NCBI GenBank assembly: GCA_964576115.1
Contig: CAZNUA010000013.1
Coordinates: forward strand, 1-64,000
Source of the DNA: an uncultured Gemmatimonadota bacterium
GTDB taxonomy: Bacteria; Blakebacterota; Blakebacteria; Blakebacterales; Blakebacteraceae
Direction of reading: 5' to 3'
Length of the DNA stretch: 64,000 nucleotides
Part shown: in pieces, positions 19,763-29,726 of the stretch
Numbering within the stretch: position 1 is the first letter of the stretch
Layout of the letters: every line of letters begins with the position of its first letter
Notes under the pieces: model-generated
The model's input: the letters and a program-made list of their open reading frames with translations, nothing else
What the model was told of the DNA's origin: nothing
The model's database searches: none
Program-made: the position numbers and the translations under genes

Positions 19763-20392
19763 TCATTCGGATGGTTCGGATAACCTGTCGGGCAGACCGG
19801 GCGTAGTCTCGTGCAAACCGGGCGTAGTCTCGGGCAGACCGTCGGGGGCGTTCCGGCGCAGCACCTCGTAGCCGACCACGGCCACGGCGGTGGCGACATT
19901 GAGCGAGTTCTTGTAACCGAAGGTCGGGATGTGCACGCAGCCGTCGCAGAGTTCGAGGACAGACCGGTCGACCCCCAGGGCTTCGTTGCCGAACACCAGG
20001 GCTACCGGCTCGGGATAGTCGGTCCGGTCATAAAGCACCGCGTGCGAGGTGGTCTCGACCGCCCAGACCGGCAGGCCGTTCTGCTGCAGCTCCCGGACGG
20101 CGGCACGGGTGTCGTCGACATGCCGCCAGGGCACGTACGCGATGGTGCCCAGCGAGGTCTTCTCGAGTTTGCGGTGAGGGGGGTGGGCGGTGTAGCCGCA
20201 GAGGACGAGTTCGGCCGCCCGCATGGTGTCGCACAGGCGGAAGATCGCTCCGACATTGAAAGCGCTGCGCAGATTGTCGAGGACGATCGTCAGGGGTGCC
20301 CGGGGCAGGCGCCGGTAGTCGTCGAGGGGCAGGTCGCGGTCGAAACTGCGGACCTCGAAATTGGTTTCCATGTCGCCGCGCTCGCGGGCCAT
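19763..20392 (-). CDS. SpoU/TrmH family RNA methyltransferase
   Basis: LDNLRSAFNVGAIFR, VFGNEALGV, SLNVATA; C-terminal 21-bp repeat encoding (L.ETTPG)x2. Confidence 0.9.
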   Translation of the reverse strand: MARERGDMETNFEVRSFDRDLPLDDYRRLPRAPLTIVLDNLRSAFNVGAIFRLCDTMRAAELVLCGYTAHPPHRKLEKTSLGTIAYVPWRHVDDTRAAVRELQQNGLPVWAVETTSHAVLYDRTDYPEPVALVFGNEALGVDRSVLELCDGCVHIPTFGYKNSLNVATAVAVVGYEVLRRNAPDGLPETTPGLHETTPGLPDRLSEPSE

Positions 20393-20492
20393 TCCGCCTC
20401 CGATCCCGTTCTCCGGAATCCGCCTCGAAGAAACTCCGGGCGGCGTTTCATCAGCATCGGCCAGCGGCGGCTCGAGACCGGGGGTGTCTCGA

Positions 20493-22361
20493 CTACCGGC
20501 CGGTTATTTTCACCAGACAGACATCCAACGATCCCCGGCCGGCCGAAGACGTCTGGCCGGCCAGCACGACAGAGCCGTCGGCGGTCACGACCACCGCCGC
20601 GGCCCGGTCCGAACCCGCTCCGCCGAACCGTCTCTGCCAGAGGATATCGCCCCCGGCGGACAGTTTCACCAGCGCGATTTCGTTGTCGTAGACATCTTCA
20701 CCGGCCCGGGGAGCATCGTGCATCCGCTTGCTGAGGCCGGCCACCACGAAACCGCCCCCGGGCGTCGGGGCGGCCGAGAAGCCGTAATCGTAAAAGGGAT
20801 TGGCACCGTAGTACCTCTGCCACAGTTCGTCACCCTCCGATCCGGCCCGGATTACGACCGTATCCATGAGATCGTTGCAGTCGGCATAACCGACCAGCAG
20901 GACACCGTCGCGAGCATCGGCGGCCGCCGCGCGGCACCAGTCGAAAGCGTGGCCCGCCGGGCCCCGGGCCGGATAGTGGCGGGTCCAGAGAGTGTCGCCC
21001 TCCGCATCGGTGCGCAGGAGCCAGAAATCGCTGTTGGGCCCGCCGTAGGTCAGAGTGGTTCCCGCGATCAGCAACCCGCCGTCTGAAGCGGGCAGGACCG
21101 TGCTGCCGATCTCGATCCGCTCGCCGCCGTAGGTGCGGGACCGGATCTGCTCGCCGTCGGCCCCGAGTTCGAGCAGCCAGAGGTCTTCCTCCCCGGCGCC
21201 GAAGCTGTGCGTGGAACCGCAGACGACGATATGGCCGTCGGGGCGGGGCAGGACCGAGGTCCCCATCTCCCAGCTCGGGCCGCCGAAGGTGCGCGACCAC
21301 TGCTCGTGTCCCTCCCGGTCGGTCCGGATGACCCAGAGATCCCGCGAGCCCGCGCCGAAGGAAGTCGTGAATCCGGTCACCAGATAACCGTCGGCGACCT
21401 CGGCACAGGCGTTCCCGTATTCCGAACCCGTGCCCCCGAAGGAGCGCGACCACTCGATCTGTCCCTCGGCATCGGTCTTGACGATGAGCAGGTCGGCGTC
21501 ACTGGCACCGGGGGGAAAGGTGTATCCGGTGAGCAGGAAGCCGCCGTCGGAAGTTGCGATCAGATCGCGGGCTCCGTCGGCACCGGAACCGCCGATGGTG
21601 CGCGACCACACCATCCCCTCGGCTGCGAAGCCGGCTTCGGCGGTCCCGATGTGATCGGTCCGCCCCGACCGTCGACCGCCCCGGGGCTGGCGGTCCTCGA
21701 TCAGGGTGGCGATCGCCCGGGCCTGGGCAAGGTTGTAGGTCTGCCCCCGGGCGCTGGTGATGATGTTGCCGGAGATGCAGGGCGGGGTGTCGTTACGCTC
21801 GTTGCCGACGTACTCGGCGCCGGCCGCTTCATATTCGTCCCGGAAGCGGGGCGTGCCGACCACCCGGCGGCCCCTCAGAACATCGGCCGCGGCCAGAACC
21901 CGGGTGCCCGAACAGGTGGTGAACACCGGCAGACCGGCCGCAACCGCGGTGCTGATCAGCTCGAGCGCCGGCGGACTGGCGATGATGTCCCCGTATGGAT
22001 CGGGGACGGGATTGGCGTTGCCGGGCGAGGCAGCGAGCACGAGACAGTCGAAGGCCGTGATATCGTCGATGGCGGACAGCGGCTGATCGGGAAGCAGCGG
22101 GATCGCTTCGTCGAACCGGCCCCAGAAACCGCAGGGAGTGATACGCTCGACCGCGGCCGTCTGCGTGACCTCCCAGCCGTACTCTTCGACGGCATCACGC
22201 AGCAGGAAGTAGTTGGCTCCCAGGGTTTCGGGCAGCAGAAACAGGGCCCGCAGACCGCCCTCGTCGCTTTGTGCCTGAGTGGAGCGAGGGAAAACCGGCA
22301 GGCAGAGAAGAATCGAGAGGCTGAGCCAGATGCGCTGCGGAAACAGACGAATGATCGGCAT
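20493..22361 (-). CDS. Secreted DJ-1/PfpI-like domain fused to ~50-aa W.RTFGG beta-repeats
   Basis: Signal-like N-terminus; VFTTCSG..LAAADVLRGRRV, SGNIITS; about 6 repeats of WSRTxGG..DGGxLLxG..DxWLL. Confidence 0.75.
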   Translation of the reverse strand: MPIIRLFPQRIWLSLSILLCLPVFPRSTQAQSDEGGLRALFLLPETLGANYFLLRDAVEEYGWEVTQTAAVERITPCGFWGRFDEAIPLLPDQPLSAIDDITAFDCLVLAASPGNANPVPDPYGDIIASPPALELISTAVAAGLPVFTTCSGTRVLAAADVLRGRRVVGTPRFRDEYEAAGAEYVGNERNDTPPCISGNIITSARGQTYNLAQARAIATLIEDRQPRGGRRSGRTDHIGTAEAGFAAEGMVWSRTIGGSGADGARDLIATSDGGFLLTGYTFPPGASDADLLIVKTDAEGQIEWSRSFGGTGSEYGNACAEVADGYLVTGFTTSFGAGSRDLWVIRTDREGHEQWSRTFGGPSWEMGTSVLPRPDGHIVVCGSTHSFGAGEEDLWLLELGADGEQIRSRTYGGERIEIGSTVLPASDGGLLIAGTTLTYGGPNSDFWLLRTDAEGDTLWTRHYPARGPAGHAFDWCRAAAADARDGVLLVGYADCNDLMDTVVIRAGSEGDELWQRYYGANPFYDYGFSAAPTPGGGFVVAGLSKRMHDAPRAGEDVYDNEIALVKLSAGGDILWQRRFGGAGSDRAAAVVVTADGSVVLAGQTSSAGRGSLDVCLVKITGR

Positions 22362-22636
22362 GAGTGTGACTCCCGGCGATTGAATTTCACTCCCGGCAAT
22401 TCGGGTCATATCGGGGTGCGACGTTCGAGGTCTGCTGTTTTCGTCGGGCTGTGCCATGCCCGGTGGTGATCGAAGCGCACCGGCACCGTTCATGATGCAA
22501 TACGGTCGACAGCGGGGAATTGATTACTCTGAAGTGGCGCCGATTGTGCGAAGGGTCTCATATCCGCTTTGTCGGCCGGGAGCGCGGAATCATATTGAGT
22601 CCGTACGATCTGTGTGCGATCCCGAGGAGGACATCG

Positions 22637-23332
22637 ATGTGTGACGATCACGACCACGGCCACGACCACGGTCATACTCACATCCACGTGCACGAGCCGG
22701 TCACGGCTCTGCCCCGTCTCGGCCTGCCCGCCCCGCGGTTCGAGGCCTCCACGACTCACGGTCCGCGACGGCTCGAGGATTACGCGGGCTCATGGCTGAT
22801 CCTCTTTTCCCACCCGGCCGACTTCACTCCGGTCTGTACCACCGAGTTCATGGCCTTCGCCGGCATCCATGAAAAGCTGCGCGGGATGAACTGCGAGCTG
22901 TTGGGTCTGAGCATCGACAGTGTGCATTCCCACATCGCCTGGGTGCGGAACATCGAGGCGAAGATGGGGACAAAGGTCACTTTCCCCGTCATCGCCGATC
23001 TGAACAAGGATGTCGCGACGAAGTACGGAATGATCTCACCCGGCGAGAGTACGGTCGAGACCTCTCGCTGTGTCTTCATCATCGATCCCGAGCAGGTCCT
23101 GCGGGCGATGATCTACTATCCCATGACGACCGGTCGCAGCAGCGACGAGATCCTGCGCGTGCTGTCTGCCCTGCAGACGGCCGACGAACACGGGGTGGCA
23201 ACCCCCGCCGACTGGCAGCCGGGCGAGCCGGTCATCCTGCCTCCACCGCCGACCCAGGCGGAAGCCGAGGAGCGGATGCAGACCGGGGAGGCGGAGTGCA
23301 CCGACTGGTATTTCTGTAAAAAAACCCTCTGA
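22637..23332 (+). CDS. Peroxiredoxin (Prx6-type) with His-rich N-terminus
   Basis: FSHPADFTPVCTTE, ATPADWQPG, C-terminal CTDWYFCKK; GAGGAGG RBS. Confidence 0.92.
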   Translation: MCDDHDHGHDHGHTHIHVHEPVTALPRLGLPAPRFEASTTHGPRRLEDYAGSWLILFSHPADFTPVCTTEFMAFAGIHEKLRGMNCELLGLSIDSVHSHIAWVRNIEAKMGTKVTFPVIADLNKDVATKYGMISPGESTVETSRCVFIIDPEQVLRAMIYYPMTTGRSSDEILRVLSALQTADEHGVATPADWQPGEPVILPPPPTQAEAEERMQTGEAECTDWYFCKKTL

Positions 23333-23397
23333 GAGCGGTAGGGCGTTCATCATGACCGGGTGAGATTCCATCCGGTCGCAGTGACGGTGGTGAGAGC

Positions 23398-24177
23398 GTG
23401 AGCGAACTCACCCGGGATCAGTTCCGGGCTTTCCTGAAAGATTCGATCCGCAAGCGGATCGATTTCCGCCGGACCGACCAGCGCCGGGGGTTACCCCCGC
23501 CCCCGCTGCAGAAGCCGGTACCGGCCGGAAGCGAGCTGATTGCTCTGCCCCGCCGCGACGCCTGGGAGCGTTTCGATTCCGTGAGTCTGCTCGAGGCCGT
23601 CGGCCGCCGCGAGAGCCGGCGCGACTATCTGCCCGAACCCCTCACCCCGGCCGAACTCGGGTTACTGCTCTGGGCCACCCAGGGGATCCGGCAGGTCGTC
23701 AATCCCGCCACCGCCCTGCGTACCGTCCCCTCGGCCGGCGCCCGGCACGCGCTGGAGACCTACCTGGGCATCGTCAACGTCGACGGTCTTTCCCCCGGGC
23801 TCTACCGCTACATTCCGCTCGAACACGCCCTCCTGCTGCTTGATGAAGATGACGCCATCGGACCCCGGCTGGTCCGGGCCACCTTCGGGCAGAGCTTCCT
23901 CGCCGCCGCCGCGGTCGTCTTCATCTGGACGACGATCCCCTACCGCATGGAGTGGCGCTACGATCTGGCCGCCCACAAGGTGATTGCACTGGATGCCGGT
24001 CACGTCTGCCAGAACCTCTATCTGGGGTGCGAGGCGATTTCGGCGGGCACCTGCGCCATCGCCGCCTATGACCAGGAGGCGGTCGACACTCTCCTCGGCG
24101 TGGACGGCGAGGACGAATTCACCCTGTACCTGGCTCCGGTAGGAAGAGTCAGAAAGAGCGAGACCGACCGAGACTGA
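23398..24177 (+). CDS. SagB/ThcOx-family nitroreductase
   Basis: RRESRRDY, RTVPSAGARHALETY, LDAGHVCQNLYL. Confidence 0.88.
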   Translation: MSELTRDQFRAFLKDSIRKRIDFRRTDQRRGLPPPPLQKPVPAGSELIALPRRDAWERFDSVSLLEAVGRRESRRDYLPEPLTPAELGLLLWATQGIRQVVNPATALRTVPSAGARHALETYLGIVNVDGLSPGLYRYIPLEHALLLLDEDDAIGPRLVRATFGQSFLAAAAVVFIWTTIPYRMEWRYDLAAHKVIALDAGHVCQNLYLGCEAISAGTCAIAAYDQEAVDTLLGVDGEDEFTLYLAPVGRVRKSETDRD

Positions 24178-24190
24178 GAGGAGTAATTCC

Positions 24191-24712
24191 GTGTCAGGCA
24201 GCGACCTTCTCGAGACCATCCGCACGCGCCGCAGCATCCGGTCCTACACCCCTGAAGAGATTCCGGAGGAGCTCGTCGATGAGCTGATCGAGGCCCTCAT
24301 CTGGGCTCCCAGTTCGGGCAACTACCAGTGTCGCAAGTTCTTCTTCGTGCGCCGTCCCGAGGTGCGCCGGCAGCTCGAGGACGCCTGCTTCAATCACGAC
24401 TGGATCGCCCAGGCGCCGCTGGCGGTGGTCTGCTGTCTGGACCGCAAGATCGAGGAACACTACGGCGAGGGGGCCGCCCCCTTTGCGATTCAGGATGTTT
24501 CCGCCTCGATCGAGAACATGCTCCTGCTTGCCAACGACCGGGGGCTGGGATCGTGCTGGGTCTGTGCCTGGGATACCGAACGCGTGCGCGAGATTCTGCA
24601 AATCGGCCCCGAGCTCGACTTGGTGGCGCTCGTCACGGTCGGATATCCGGCCGAGAGCCCCGCACCGACCGAACGGGTGAGCCGCGACGAGGCGGTGACT
24701 TTCATCGACTGA
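24191..24712 (+). CDS. Nitroreductase family protein
   Basis: RRSIRSY, APSSGN, ENMLL..GLGSCW. Confidence 0.9.
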   Translation: MSGSDLLETIRTRRSIRSYTPEEIPEELVDELIEALIWAPSSGNYQCRKFFFVRRPEVRRQLEDACFNHDWIAQAPLAVVCCLDRKIEEHYGEGAAPFAIQDVSASIENMLLLANDRGLGSCWVCAWDTERVREILQIGPELDLVALVTVGYPAESPAPTERVSRDEAVTFID

Positions 24713-24724
24713 CACCGCGCTTAT

Positions 24725-26386
24725 TCAGAGCAGGGCTTCGAGTTCGCTCTCGACCACTTCGAGCCCGGCCTCGGGCTCGGTTCCCAGACTGACGCGCACG
24801 ACCCGCCGCTCGCGCTGCCGCAGGGCCAGATAGTCTCCCCGGGACTGGGCGGCGATCAGGGTGCGGAAATCGAAATCGGTCTCGGGGACAGGCAGAGCCT
24901 CGGCCGGTTCATCGACCAGCTGCAGAAAGAGTCCGGCGTTCGGACCTCCTTTGTGCAGCTGACCGGTCGAGTGCAGGAAGCGGGGCCCGAAACCGGTGGT
25001 TGTCGCCGCCCCGGTCGCGTCCCGCAGCCGGCCGGCGAGGTCGTGCAGCCGGTCGCTCACGGCCGGGTGGGGGGCCAGGTAGGCCTGCAGACCGAGATAG
25101 TCGCCCGTCGCGAGCGAACCGAGCCACGTGTCCAGGGCCGAGCGCAGGGCTGCGGGATTCCCGGTCGTCTCCTCACAGATTTCACCGCTGCCTTCGAGTT
25201 CACCGGCCATGGCCCGCCGGGCGAGATCCTTGGCCAGCTGCACATCGGGTTGGTCGAAGGGGTTGATATGAAGCACCGCGCCGGCGGCAGCCACGGCGAA
25301 CTCGAAATCGAACATGCTCCCCGCCAGTTCCTCCTTCCCGTCCAGCCGGATCCGGACCACCGGATGACCGGCCGCGACCAGTTCGTTCAGCCGGCGATCG
25401 AGTTCGGCGTCGCTCTCGCCGGCCAGCTCGATGGCGACGAAGAAACGGTCGGAGCCGTAGGTGTCGAGCTCCCCGGGCGGTTCGCCGGCCACCGGAACGA
25501 TTCCCCGGCCCTGCTTGCCGGTGCTCTCGGCGATGAGCTGCTCCAGCCAGTCGGGATAGGCCGCCAGCGAGGGGGAGGTGAAGAAGGTGACCTTGTCCCG
25601 CCCGGTGAGCGCCATTTCGCCCAGGGCGGCTCCCAGGGCCAGGGCGTCGCCGCCGATCCGGCCGTTGTCGCTGCGGGTCAGGGCGGCCGCGTCGGCGGCC
25701 CGTTCGAGCAGGCGGGCGGGATCGAGCCCGATCAGAGCCGCCGGGACCAGACCGAAGTAGGTCAGGGCCGAGAAGCGGCCCCCGACATCGGCCGGAGCGT
25801 TGAAGACCCTCTGGAAACCCCGCTTGACGGCCAGCTCCTCCAGAGCCGAACCGGAATCGGTGATGGCCGCGAAGCGGTCTCCCGGTTCGGCGAGTGCCCG
25901 GGCGGTAAGCTGCCAGAAATAGCGGAAGAAACTCAGGGTTTCGAGGGTGGTGCCCGATTTACTGGCGATCAGAAAGAGGGTGCGCCCGGGCTCGATCGCG
26001 TCGCTGACGGCCCGGACGGCTCCCGGATGGGTCGAATCGAGAACGAGCAGGCGGGGAAAGCCCTCGCGCGGTCCGAAAACCGCCGCAAAGGTCTCGGGGG
26101 CCAGGCTCGAGCCCCCCATGCCGCACAGCACGATCGTCTCGATCCCGCTTCCGCGTGTCTCCTCGGCAAAGTCTGTCAGGAGTCCGGTCACCTCGGGCAT
26201 CGAGTGGGGCAGATCGAGCCAGCCCAGGCGGTCGGCGAGTTCGGGCCGGGGTTCGGACGACCAGATGGTGTGATCGTTCTGCCAGAGACGATCGGCGAAC
26301 TCCTCGGCGGTCCAGCCGGCGAGGCGGCGGGATACGGCCCCGGCATCGGCTGTGAGCTCGAAGGTCCAGGCATCGGGACGGGGCAT
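24725..26386 (-). CDS. pgi: Glucose-6-phosphate isomerase (stand-alone, Tal-Pgi C-terminal type)
   Basis: GMGGSSL, SKSGTTLE, VGGRFSAL, EQLIAESTGK, NPFDQPDV, HSTGQLHKGG. Confidence 0.85.
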   Translation of the reverse strand: MPRPDAWTFELTADAGAVSRRLAGWTAEEFADRLWQNDHTIWSSEPRPELADRLGWLDLPHSMPEVTGLLTDFAEETRGSGIETIVLCGMGGSSLAPETFAAVFGPREGFPRLLVLDSTHPGAVRAVSDAIEPGRTLFLIASKSGTTLETLSFFRYFWQLTARALAEPGDRFAAITDSGSALEELAVKRGFQRVFNAPADVGGRFSALTYFGLVPAALIGLDPARLLERAADAAALTRSDNGRIGGDALALGAALGEMALTGRDKVTFFTSPSLAAYPDWLEQLIAESTGKQGRGIVPVAGEPPGELDTYGSDRFFVAIELAGESDAELDRRLNELVAAGHPVVRIRLDGKEELAGSMFDFEFAVAAAGAVLHINPFDQPDVQLAKDLARRAMAGELEGSGEICEETTGNPAALRSALDTWLGSLATGDYLGLQAYLAPHPAVSDRLHDLAGRLRDATGAATTTGFGPRFLHSTGQLHKGGPNAGLFLQLVDEPAEALPVPETDFDFRTLIAAQSRGDYLALRQRERRVVRVSLGTEPEAGLEVVESELEALL

Positions 26387-26497
26387 GAGACACTCCCTGC
26401 TTCGACTCCGCGGGTGGTGGAAACGCTCGACAGGGTATAGTGTAGTGGGCCTGAGGAAGAATGCAGAAGCCGAACCCGATCGGGAGGAGCCAGCCTG

Positions 26498-27925
26498 GTG
26501 AGGGAAAACCGGCGGACCAAAATCGTCGCCACCATCGGTCCCGCCTCGAGCGGGACGGAGGTGCTCGAGGACATGATCGGAGCGGGCCTCGATGTGGTCC
26601 GGCTCAACTTCTCGCACGGCACCCACAGCGAGCATGCCGAAACGATCGAACGGGTGCGGGAGATCGCCGGGCGTCTCGGGCGCCCGATCGCGATTCTCCA
26701 GGATCTCTCCGGACCCAAACTGCGCCTGGGAGAGATCGCCGGCGGCACCGTCACGCTGGATACGGGCGCGGACGTCATTCTGACCGCCCGCCCCGTGCCG
26801 GGTTCGGCCCGCGAGGTGTCTGTCGCCGATCCCGGCCTGCCCGGTCGCGTCCGACCGGGCGATTCGATGCTGCTGGCCGACGGTGCTCTCGAACTCGAAG
26901 TGATCGAGGCGGGGGAGACCGATATCAGGTGCCGGGTCATCGTCGGCGGACAGCTCGGCTCGCAGAAGGGGATCAATCTGGCCGGTGAGGGGCCCGCAGA
27001 ATCGGGGCTGACGGAAAAGGACCGGGTCGATCTGCGCTTCGGGCTCGAGCACGGAGTTGATCTTGTCGCGCTCTCCTATGTGCGTTCGGCGGCCGATATC
27101 GACATTGCCCGTCAGATCGCCGGGCAGACGGGAGCGGGGGTTCCGATCGTCGCCAAGATCGAGAAGTACGAGGCGCTACAGAGGATCGATGGCATCGTAG
27201 CCACTGCCGACGGGATCATGATCGCCCGCGGAGATCTGGGAGTCGAGACACCACTGGAGCGGATCGCGCTGGAACAGAAGGATCTCATCCGGCGGGCCAA
27301 CGCCGCCGCCATACCCGCCATCACGGCCACCCAGATGCTTCGTTCGATGGTCGAGAGCCCGCGCCCCACCAGGGCCGAGGTCAGTGATGTGGCCAATGCC
27401 ATCCTCGACGGCACCGATGCCGTAATGCTGTCCGAAGAAACCGCCATCGGGGCCTGGCCGGTCGAGGCGGTAGCCATGATGGACCGTATCGCGGCCCAGA
27501 CCGAGGCGGCCTTCCCCCACGATCTGTGGAGCGAGCGCCTGCGCGAGTACGAACCCGCCGGCACTCCCGGCGCGGTGGCCCACGCCGCCTGCGATCTGGC
27601 CCGGAGAATTGAGGCCCGCTGTATCGTATGTTTCACGTATTCGGGCTCGACTGCCCGGCTGGTGGCCAAGTACCGCCCCGCCCAGGACATCATCGCCGCC
27701 ACGCCCGAGGCCGCCACCGGTCGGCGTCTGGCCCTGGTCTGGGGGGTCGAACCGTGGGTGATCGAGCGTGAAGTGGAGGGCGAAGAGGTGGTTGCCTGCG
27801 CGATCGAGGCCGCCCGGAACATCTGCGGTGTGACTGTGGGCGACCGTCTGGTCGTGACCGCCGGCCTGCCGATGGGCACCCCGGGGGGCACCAACCTGAT
27901 CCGGGCCGTCACCGTTCCCGGTTGA
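26498..27925 (+). CDS. pyk: Pyruvate kinase
   Basis: TKIVATIGPAS, RLNFSHG, MIARGDLGVE, PTRAEVSDVANA. Confidence 0.95.
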   Translation: MRENRRTKIVATIGPASSGTEVLEDMIGAGLDVVRLNFSHGTHSEHAETIERVREIAGRLGRPIAILQDLSGPKLRLGEIAGGTVTLDTGADVILTARPVPGSAREVSVADPGLPGRVRPGDSMLLADGALELEVIEAGETDIRCRVIVGGQLGSQKGINLAGEGPAESGLTEKDRVDLRFGLEHGVDLVALSYVRSAADIDIARQIAGQTGAGVPIVAKIEKYEALQRIDGIVATADGIMIARGDLGVETPLERIALEQKDLIRRANAAAIPAITATQMLRSMVESPRPTRAEVSDVANAILDGTDAVMLSEETAIGAWPVEAVAMMDRIAAQTEAAFPHDLWSERLREYEPAGTPGAVAHAACDLARRIEARCIVCFTYSGSTARLVAKYRPAQDIIAATPEAATGRRLALVWGVEPWVIEREVEGEEVVACAIEAARNICGVTVGDRLVVTAGLPMGTPGGTNLIRAVTVPG

Positions 27926-28081
27926 TNNNNNNNNNNNNNNNNNNNNNNNNNNNNNNNNNNNNNNNNNNNNNNNNNNNNNNNNNNNNNNNNNNNNNNNNNN
28001 NNNNNNNNNNNNNNNNNNNNNNNNNNATGGGCACCCCGGGGGGCACCAACCTGATCCGGGCCGTCACCGTTCCCGGTTGAT
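27872..28081. other. Scaffold gap (100 N) flanked by a duplicated 55-bp overlap (assembly artefact)
   Basis: 27872-27926 is identical to 28027-28081 on either side of the N run. Confidence 0.9.
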
Positions 28082-28180
28082 TGCACTCCACCCCGAGCAC
28101 CTTTTCCTTGTGTAACTGCTCCGGTTTCGGTTTATTGTCGAGAAATTATTAGGACTCCACACGACGATCCGGGGGTTTCC

Positions 28181-29248
28181 ATGCAGGTTCCTCTCAGACA
28201 CTCGATCACCATCGCCGCCACCGCCCTTCTCATCATCTCGAGTGCCGGCTGTGCCCGCGCCCAGCAGTCGGGCGTCATGCTCGACGTGGGCGATCGGGCC
28301 CCGGCCCTGTCGATCGGCACCTGGGTCAAGGGTGAACCGGTCGAGGCTTTCGAAACCGGCCATATCTACGTGGTCGAGTTCTGGGCCACCTGGTGCGCTC
28401 CCTGCCTGACCTCGATGCCGCACCTGAGCCAGATCCAGCGCGAGCTGGGCGAGCAGGGGGTGACCGTTATCGGCGTGACCAGCCCCGATCCGGGGAACAC
28501 TCTCGAGGCGGTCGAAGAGATGGTGGCCGAGAAGGGCGACGTGATGGGCTACACCGTGGCCTGGGATCCCGAGCGCAGGACCAGTACCGACTGGATGCAG
28601 GCCGCCGGTCAGAACAGCATTCCCACCTCTTTCGTGGTGGACGGTGAGGGCCGGATTGCCTACATCGGCCACCCCATGTGGCTCGATATGCCCCTGCACG
28701 CCCTGCTCGAGGGAACCTGGAACTACCGCACCGGTCCAGCCGAGGTCGCCGCGGCTGAAGAAGAACTGATGGGGATTTATCAGTCGGCCGGGAGCGATCC
28801 CGCCGGCTCCCTGGCCGGTTTTCTTTCCTTTGAAGAGCGCTACCCGGCCGTTGCCGGAGGCATGCAGGACATGAAGCTGCAGCTCCTGCTCATCAGCGGG
28901 GAGTTCGAGGCGGGGTATGCTCTCGCTGCCCGCATGACCGATGAGGCGGTCGAGAAAGGCGACAGTACCGTCCTCGGCATGATTGCCTGGCTGATCGTGG
29001 ATCCCCGAGCGCCCTTCGAGGAGCGCGATCTCGAACTGGCCCTGCGCGCGGCCGAGGCCGCGGCCGAGCTGACCGGACGTGACGATCCAGACATCCTCGA
29101 CACGCTCGCCCGCGTTCACGCCGCGAAAGGTGATTACCGGACCGCCGTCTCGATCCAGACCCGGGCCGTCGAACTGGCCGCCGGCACCCGTCTCGAGAGC
29201 AACCTGCGCGCCACCCTCGAGGAATACCGGGAACACATCCGAGGGTAG
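28181..29248 (+). CDS. Exported TlpA-like thioredoxin/disulfide reductase with C-terminal TPR-like helices
   Basis: VVEFWATWCAPC; signal/lipobox-like SSAGC; DILDTLARVH..GDY..AV..Q. Confidence 0.85.
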   Translation: MQVPLRHSITIAATALLIISSAGCARAQQSGVMLDVGDRAPALSIGTWVKGEPVEAFETGHIYVVEFWATWCAPCLTSMPHLSQIQRELGEQGVTVIGVTSPDPGNTLEAVEEMVAEKGDVMGYTVAWDPERRTSTDWMQAAGQNSIPTSFVVDGEGRIAYIGHPMWLDMPLHALLEGTWNYRTGPAEVAAAEEELMGIYQSAGSDPAGSLAGFLSFEERYPAVAGGMQDMKLQLLLISGEFEAGYALAARMTDEAVEKGDSTVLGMIAWLIVDPRAPFEERDLELALRAAEAAAELTGRDDPDILDTLARVHAAKGDYRTAVSIQTRAVELAAGTRLESNLRATLEEYREHIRG

Positions 29249-29438
29249 CGCCGGAGTTCGTCCAGCAGTTCGCCGTCCTGCGGTTCGCCACGGCGGTTCA
29301 GAACCTGGTGGCGGGATGTACACTGTTCACGTGCTCAAGTGAGATCGCGCGGGCCCTCTCGCTGCGACCCTGATAGACTCTGCTCCGGCTCTCAGACGCA
29401 TTTCCTTGTGATCAACTACTGCGCCGGGAGGTCTGCGC

Positions 29439-29570
29439 ATGCGGTACTCCAGGATCCTTCCCGCTTTGGCCGGGAGCATCGCCCTGCTTGCGCTGATCGC
29501 CCCTGCCTTCGGGCGGATCCCGGTAGCGGCGTCAGAGCCCCAGCTCATGCCGATGGACAGAGCCCGGTAG
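29439..29570 (+). CDS. 43-aa small ORF that is mostly signal peptide (small protein or gene remnant)
   Basis: GGAGG RBS 7 nt before ATG; MRYSRILPALAGSIALLALIAPAFG... Confidence 0.4.
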   Translation: MRYSRILPALAGSIALLALIAPAFGRIPVAASEPQLMPMDRAR

Positions 29571-29726
29571 AAGCCCTCGTCCGGCTGCTCCGGTCACAGG
29601 CTGTTACATCAGATGCAACCCGGGCTTTCTTTCCGACGTATATACATCACAGATATATCGCTCATCGTTATAGTTGAGGACACCGGGTCTCATCGCCCGA
29701 GCCACGTGCTGACCGGAGACAAGAGC

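Noticed and set aside
23398-24177. SagB/ThcOx protein as part of a RiPP (azole) cluster
   Set aside because: No YcaO, E1-like protein or precursor nearby; stand-alone SagB-like nitroreductases are common in anaerobes.
24725-27052. 775-aa ORF as a transaldolase-Pgi fusion
   Set aside because: The N-terminal extension is the antisense of pyk with no transaldolase motifs; the real start is at 26386.
27872-28081. Direct repeat of the pyk 3' end around the N gap, resembling an att site
   Set aside because: An exact 55-bp duplication abutting a 100-N scaffold gap is typical of a k-mer overlap artefact.
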